Shown piece after piece: positions 59,042 to 64,000 of a stretch of 64,000 nt of DNA. The notes under the pieces are model-generated. The model worked only from the letters and a program-made list of their open reading frames with translations, was not told the DNA's origin and searched no databases. Position 1 is the first letter of the stretch. Every line of letters starts with the position of its first letter. Source of the DNA: Acidobacteriota bacterium (lineage in GTDB: Bacteria; Acidobacteriota; Thermoanaerobaculia; Multivoradales; UBA5704); NCBI GenBank assembly GCA_040005235.1, contig JBDTZG010000018.1, positions 1-64,000 on the forward strand. Direction: 5' to 3'. The position numbers were made by a program, and so were the translations under genes.

Positions 59042-60660
59042 TCCAAATCGATCCAGTCGCCCTCGGGCACGAAGCCTTTCGTTGCGACGTCGAGCTTGAC
59101 CAGATAGGCGCCGCGGGCGCCCATTCGCTTGCCCGGCCGGAAGCGGAGCGGGGGAGAGACTCCGGTGTCGTAGTGCTCGAAGGTTTCGAGGGTCGCGATC
59201 AGGTGGTCGCGGGTCAAGTCGCGGCCGATCTTTTCGAGCGCGGCAACGATCAACTTGATCGCCGCGAGCGCCGCTCCTTGAGTGCCGAGGTCTCCGGTGG
59301 AGAGCTTGTGCGCCGCGGCGAGCGCGCGCCATTCGGCTGAATCGGGGGAGGCGAGGTCGAGCGGCCGGATCGGGAACGCGAGGCGGACCCCCGCGGCCAG
59401 ACCTACGGGCAAGTCGAGCAGGGCGCGATCCGCGAACGCGCCGAGCGCCAGGAGCCGCGGCCGGGAGCCGAGCCGATCGAGCGCGAGCAGCAGCGCCGAG
59501 GCATCGCGCGCCGGGCCGAGGTGGAGAATCGCGGCGACGTTTTTCCCGGCGAGATCGCGGGCGGTGGCCTCGACCCACGGGTCGTTCGGACCGGCGGCCC
59601 CCGAGGTCGCCGAGTAGCGTCGAATCTCAGCGGGGGCGTAGGTCCGTCGCTCCGCTTCGGAAACCACGGCGTCGGCGAGCGGCGAGATTTCGGCGGCGTC
59701 CGAAGCGACCAGGGCGAATGTGGGGCGGACGGTTTCCTTGGCGATCGTCTCGACCAAGGCGCGCGCCTGATCGGCGGGCGAGGCGAGCAGGTAAAAGGTC
59801 TGGCGATCGAGATCGGCGTCGGCCGACGGAAACAGGCTGCTCGCGCCGACGGCCGGAACCTCGCGCTGTTCGAGCAACTCGGCCAGGCCTACGTCCGAGC
59901 CCGGCGCGCCGGAAAGCTCCGGGGCGACCAGGGCGAGAATGGGCGTGCGATCGAGAAAAGCCGCGGCGATCCGGGTGCGGTCCGCCGCGTCTCCGGTGAG
60001 CGTTTCGGCTGCCAGCTCCAGCTTTCGGCCATAGAGGCCGCCGCGCTTGTTGACCTCGGCGATCGAGGCGTCGAGCAGCGCCTTCGTGACGGCACCCGGT
60101 TCGCCGGGAGCGAGCCAGGCGCCGAGGCGCACCGTGGTGGCCGAAACGCCGGGGACCGGCTCGTTATCCACCCGTTTGAGATAAGCGATCAGGTCGGCGA
60201 TGTCGGCCTGGCTCATCTGGTAGCGCGGCATGGTGGGATTGAGGCCATTGCCGGCCGGATCCAGCCCCATCGTGACCGCGCGCTTCACGCTTTTTTCGTC
60301 GTACGGCGGATGGGTACGGCCGAGCAGCGCGCCCGAACCGTACGGCTTGGTGAGCGACTCCCAGGTGATGTTCGACGGGGCGATGCCCCCCTCGGGCCGG
60401 CCCCGGCCGTCGCGGCCGTGGCAGCTGCCGCAAGGCAGGGTGGCTCCGGGGACGGCGGTCTCGGGGCCGCCCGAACCCATCACCGCGGAAATCTCGCCGC
60501 CCGAACCGCTCTCGCCGGCCAGGAACAGCCGCTTGCCGCGTGCCTCCTCGGGAGACAACGGCGGCGGCTCAACGGCCGCGGCGGCGAGCCGGGGGATGCT
60601 CAAAGCCGCGGCGAGCGCGACGAGCAGCGCCGCGAGAACGGATGGACGCCGGGTGCTCAC
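59038..60660 (-). CDS. Cytochrome c domain fused to a branched-chain-type periplasmic binding domain
   Basis: CGSCH heme motif, MPRY, then a type I periplasmic-binding-like region. Confidence 0.8.
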   Translation of the reverse strand: MSTRRPSVLAALLVALAAALSIPRLAAAAVEPPPLSPEEARGKRLFLAGESGSGGEISAVMGSGGPETAVPGATLPCGSCHGRDGRGRPEGGIAPSNITWESLTKPYGSGALLGRTHPPYDEKSVKRAVTMGLDPAGNGLNPTMPRYQMSQADIADLIAYLKRVDNEPVPGVSATTVRLGAWLAPGEPGAVTKALLDASIAEVNKRGGLYGRKLELAAETLTGDAADRTRIAAAFLDRTPILALVAPELSGAPGSDVGLAELLEQREVPAVGASSLFPSADADLDRQTFYLLASPADQARALVETIAKETVRPTFALVASDAAEISPLADAVVSEAERRTYAPAEIRRYSATSGAAGPNDPWVEATARDLAGKNVAAILHLGPARDASALLLALDRLGSRPRLLALGAFADRALLDLPVGLAAGVRLAFPIRPLDLASPDSAEWRALAAAHKLSTGDLGTQGAALAAIKLIVAALEKIGRDLTRDHLIATLETFEHYDTGVSPPLRFRPGKRMGARGAYLVKLDVATKGFVPEGDWIDLD

Positions 60661-61241
60661 CCTTGATCCTTCGCGACGCCTTCGACGATTTCCACGATCT
60701 CTTTCGGCTTGGCCACGCCGAGCGCCTTCTTCCACAAGCCGGTCCGGTCGTTGCCGATCGTGAAGACGGCGGAATGGGCTTCGCGGTTTTCCGAATAGAG
60801 GCCCAGCTTTCGGAGTGCGGTTTCCCAGTTCTCTTTCGTGCCGGTCAAGAAATACCACCCGGTCTTGGCGTGGAAGCGCTCGGAGAAAGCTTTCATCTTC
60901 GCCGGAGTATCCTTCGGATCGACCGAGAACGAAAGGATGACGACGTCCTTGCCCAGGCGGTCACCCGCCCATTCCTGGACCCGTTCGAGGGTGCCCGCCA
61001 TGACCGGACAGACCCCTGCGCATTCGGTGAACATGGCCTGGATGATCACGATTTTACCCTGGAGCAGATCGGCGTAGAAGCGGTGTTCCGTGCCGTTTTG
61101 GTCGACCAGAGGCGCGTTCGTGAAGTAGCGCTCGGCGGGGCTGCCGGGACCGGTTTTCGATTCATCGGCTCGCGCCGCACCCGAAAGGCCGGCGCAGAAG
61201 AGCACGGCGAGCGAAAGAGAGACTGCCTTATGGAAACGCAT
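60657..61241 (-). CDS. SCO1/SenC family copper chaperone
   Basis: FTECAGVCP, SVDP.DTP, distal H. Confidence 0.9.
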   Translation of the reverse strand: MRFHKAVSLSLAVLFCAGLSGAARADESKTGPGSPAERYFTNAPLVDQNGTEHRFYADLLQGKIVIIQAMFTECAGVCPVMAGTLERVQEWAGDRLGKDVVILSFSVDPKDTPAKMKAFSERFHAKTGWYFLTGTKENWETALRKLGLYSENREAHSAVFTIGNDRTGLWKKALGVAKPKEIVEIVEGVAKDQG

Positions 61242-61244
61242 GAT

Positions 61245-61886
61245 TCATTTCCCTTCCTTCGGGGGGGTCTTGAGCCCGGGCGGTTTATCGCGAAGACCGT
61301 CGCGAAGGCCTTCGAGCAGGCCGGCAAGCTGCGCCGCCGGGGCGAGAGAGTAGGCGCGGGTCCAGCGCTTGTCGCGATCGTTGCCCAGCAGCAGCGACGG
61401 GGTATGCCGTTTGATGTCGACGTCGAAGGCGCCGAGCGATTTGAGCAGGCGGACGACCTCGTCCTTCTCGCCGGTGACCAGCGTCCATCCGGGGCCGGCG
61501 CCGAGTTTTTCCGACCAGGCCTTGAGCTTGGCGGGCGTGTCCGACTGCGGATCGATCGATACCGAAATCAGGTGGACGTCGCGCCCCGCCTGATCGCCCA
61601 GCAGCTTGCGCAGCTCGGCGAACCGCGCGCCCTGCGGCGTACAGATCGTGCTGCACGTGGTGAAGACGAAGTTGACCGCGACGACCTTGCCTTGGATCAG
61701 GTCGCTGTAGAAATGAATCTTCTTGCCGTTTTGATCGACCAGAGAGATGTCCGGGATCGCCGGGGTCGCGAGGACGGCCAGATCGGTCGTGGCACCGGGA
61801 GCGGCTGTCGCCGGAGCCACCAAGAGCGCGAGGGACAAAGCGGTGCCGAGGACGACGGCGAGCGGAATCCGGTTGCGAAACGTCAT
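61245..61886 (-). CDS. SCO1/SenC family copper chaperone
   Basis: FTTCSTIC, SIDP.SDTP, distal H. Confidence 0.9.
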   Translation of the reverse strand: MTFRNRIPLAVVLGTALSLALLVAPATAAPGATTDLAVLATPAIPDISLVDQNGKKIHFYSDLIQGKVVAVNFVFTTCSTICTPQGARFAELRKLLGDQAGRDVHLISVSIDPQSDTPAKLKAWSEKLGAGPGWTLVTGEKDEVVRLLKSLGAFDVDIKRHTPSLLLGNDRDKRWTRAYSLAPAAQLAGLLEGLRDGLRDKPPGLKTPPKEGK

Positions 61887-64000
61887 GGCTGCAAAGCTCC
61901 CTGTTGCCGCTCTTGCTCCGGGATCGGGCCGGTCGCCTCGACCGGCTCGGCAGGCGCTTGCGTGGTGTCGATCACCGTGGCCGGCGACTTTTCGACCCTG
62001 AGGCCGGCCGACTTGGATTCGACGAAGACATAGTAGATCCCGCCCTCGGTCGGAGTGAAACGCGCCTCGTAGACTCCGGGCTCGACCTCGGCGGCCGGCA
62101 ACATGCGGCGGTTGACGCCCGGCGAGAGAAACGTGACGATCCGGACGTCGGACGCTCCGGTGAGCAGGGAGTCGTCGGCGGTACGGTTGAGCCGGAAGCG
62201 GAGAGTCATCTCCTTCCCGGGTGCAACCTTGGAATTCGGCTGGAGCGCCGCGGCGATCACCGGCGGGCGACCGTCGGGTTTGTTCGGATTCTTTTCGATC
62301 GTGAAGGGGAAGCACCCGACCATCCGGGGCGAGTTGACCAACAGCGTCAGGTCGCGCCGGCCGGCGGGGCCGAGGAGAAAGGTGGTCGAATAGCGGCCCG
62401 GTCCGGCGGGGCGCAAGGAACGGTCGACGGCGAGCACCGCCCGCGGCTGCCGCGAGTAGTTCTGAAAACTGCCCATCGGCGCCGCCATCCCCTCCTTGTA
62501 GTAATAGATCATCCGGTCTTGCGGGTTGGCGAGCAGGATGGCGTCTTCGCCGGGCGCCTGGACGATTCCGGCGGCGAGGGTGGGTAGGTCCATCCGGCCG
62601 GCCGGGTTTTGACCGCCGGGGAAATCGACCACCGGCACCGCCGCTCCTTCGTGGCCGACCTGCGAGAGCGGGATCATCAAGATGGTCTCGCTGCCGCGAT
62701 GCCGGACGTAGGCGATGTCCTGGCTGAACGAGACCTGGTCGGGCTCGCTCTCGACTCCAGGGCTCTGGATGATCCGCGGTCCGGAGGCGTCGACGATATG
62801 GACGACGTTCTTCTTCGGGTTCGGCACGAAACCGAGCCGGCCGTCGGGCGAAAAGCGGATCTGTGCCAGACCCGGTTCGGCCTGAAGCCGGGCTGCCGGC
62901 CGGTCGGGATCGGACGAGACGGAGACGATCGCGCCGTCCCCTTGGCAGGCCACGAAAGCCGAGCCGGCGGGTTCGGACCAGGCGATCGAGACCGGCTGCT
63001 TGCAGGTCTTCACCCGGCGCAGCTCGGAAAGAGTGCGCACGTCGATCACCGAGACGTCACCTGAGTCGCGGCTGGAAGCGAAGACGTAGCGGTCGTCGAG
63101 AGAGATCGCGAGATCGTGCGGCCCGGTGCCGGTCGATATCGCCGCGGCCTGGGCGAGCTTCACGGTATCGATCGCCACGACGCCCGGAGCCTTTGCACCG
63201 CCGTCGACCGCCACCCAAAGGTAGCGCTCGTCGGGTTGCAGCATCACCCGCCCGGCACCCTGGCCCACGGGGACGTTGGCGATCACCTTCCAGCTTTCGG
63301 TGTCGACCACCGCGACCTCGCCCGCTTCGGCCATCGAAACGTAAAGGCGGAGCTGGTCTTTGGACAACGTCCAGTCGGAGCCCGCGCTCTTGAGGAAAAC
63401 CATGTCGAGCAGCTTGCTGCCGCCGAACGTGAACAGCGGATCGACGACGGTGATCGTGGCGTCCTCGTTGAGCCCCAGGACGAAATAGGCGTTCAGGTCA
63501 TGTTCAGGCGGATTGAGCAGCGAACCGCCGACGAAGCCTTGGAGCTTTTTCTTGCACTCGTCCGGATCGCTCGGCTTGGCGCCCGGGGTGAGGGCATCGA
63601 TCCAGGCGCCCGGAAACAGACCGTCCAGCGGGGCCTTGGTATTGGCGTCCTTGAACTCCAGGCGAACGCGGGCCTCTTCGCCTTCGCGCAGCGGAGCGCC
63701 GGGCCGGACGGCTTCGAGAAAGACCTCGACCGCGATCCCGCCGACTTCCGCTTCGCCGATCTGGCTGGAGCCGGGGGTCGTCGGGGCGGTTTCGGCGGGG
63801 AGGGCGGGAAGGTAGGCCGAGGGGGAGGAGGAAGGGGAGAGGACGGGAAGGGCGGGAGCCCCCCCGGCCAACGCCCTCCCCGCGAACGGGGAGAGCAGAA
63901 GGCCGAGAAGGGCACCCGCGACTCGCCCTGAGGCGGTCGGGTTATTTAACACGGAAGAGACCCCAGAGTCCGTCATCGAGATGAGCCGGGGTGTAATCAC
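61883..64000 (-). CDS. YVTN/cytochrome d1-like beta-propeller protein with C-terminal YtkA-like domain (start about 63976 or beyond the edge)
   Basis: Repeated VxVxD..../GxxP propeller blades, YYYKEGMAAPMG, EVEPGVY. Confidence 0.75.
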   Translation of the reverse strand: MITPRLISMTDSGVSSVLNNPTASGRVAGALLGLLLSPFAGRALAGGAPALPVLSPSSSPSAYLPALPAETAPTTPGSSQIGEAEVGGIAVEVFLEAVRPGAPLREGEEARVRLEFKDANTKAPLDGLFPGAWIDALTPGAKPSDPDECKKKLQGFVGGSLLNPPEHDLNAYFVLGLNEDATITVVDPLFTFGGSKLLDMVFLKSAGSDWTLSKDQLRLYVSMAEAGEVAVVDTESWKVIANVPVGQGAGRVMLQPDERYLWVAVDGGAKAPGVVAIDTVKLAQAAAISTGTGPHDLAISLDDRYVFASSRDSGDVSVIDVRTLSELRRVKTCKQPVSIAWSEPAGSAFVACQGDGAIVSVSSDPDRPAARLQAEPGLAQIRFSPDGRLGFVPNPKKNVVHIVDASGPRIIQSPGVESEPDQVSFSQDIAYVRHRGSETILMIPLSQVGHEGAAVPVVDFPGGQNPAGRMDLPTLAAGIVQAPGEDAILLANPQDRMIYYYKEGMAAPMGSFQNYSRQPRAVLAVDRSLRPAGPGRYSTTFLLGPAGRRDLTLLVNSPRMVGCFPFTIEKNPNKPDGRPPVIAAALQPNSKVAPGKEMTLRFRLNRTADDSLLTGASDVRIVTFLSPGVNRRMLPAAEVEPGVYEARFTPTEGGIYYVFVESKSAGLRVEKSPATVIDTTQAPAEPVEATGPIPEQERQQGALQP

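Overview
GC-rich bacterial window; gene content and style suggest Acidobacteria (Thermoanaerobaculia-like), which is an inference. The backbone carries a thiolase-lptD-rfbA-rfbD-gmd/rmd-like envelope operon, ruvX-mltG, a pseudokinase-TonB fusion, csp, yceH, a selenocysteine-containing selD (in-frame UGA plus SECIS-like hairpin, missed by the ORF track), lspA, nadE, a diguanylate cyclase, GH8, a two-component pair and a cytochrome c/SCO/SCO/beta-propeller operon running off the right edge. AT-richer accessory islets interrupt it: (i) a membrane protein, a frameshifted TIR gene and a tyrosine-integrase remnant at 11.2-12.6 kb; (ii) an N6-methyltransferase plus PD-(D/E)XK-like nuclease pair at 20.8-24.4 kb; (iii) a membrane protein and a GIY-YIG/HNH-like protein at 29.6-32.4 kb; (iv) a TPR-CHAT protease, an unknown Cys-rich protein and a second His-Cys caspase-fold-like protein at 50.1-56.2 kb. 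There are three VapBC modules and three REP-like palindrome families. The most unusual signal is two sequence-unrelated intergenic elements (239-737 and 49311-49910) with the same architecture: degenerate 21-bp-period arrays arranged as two oppositely oriented arms that share units in shuffled order. No rRNA, tRNA or CRISPR array was recognised.
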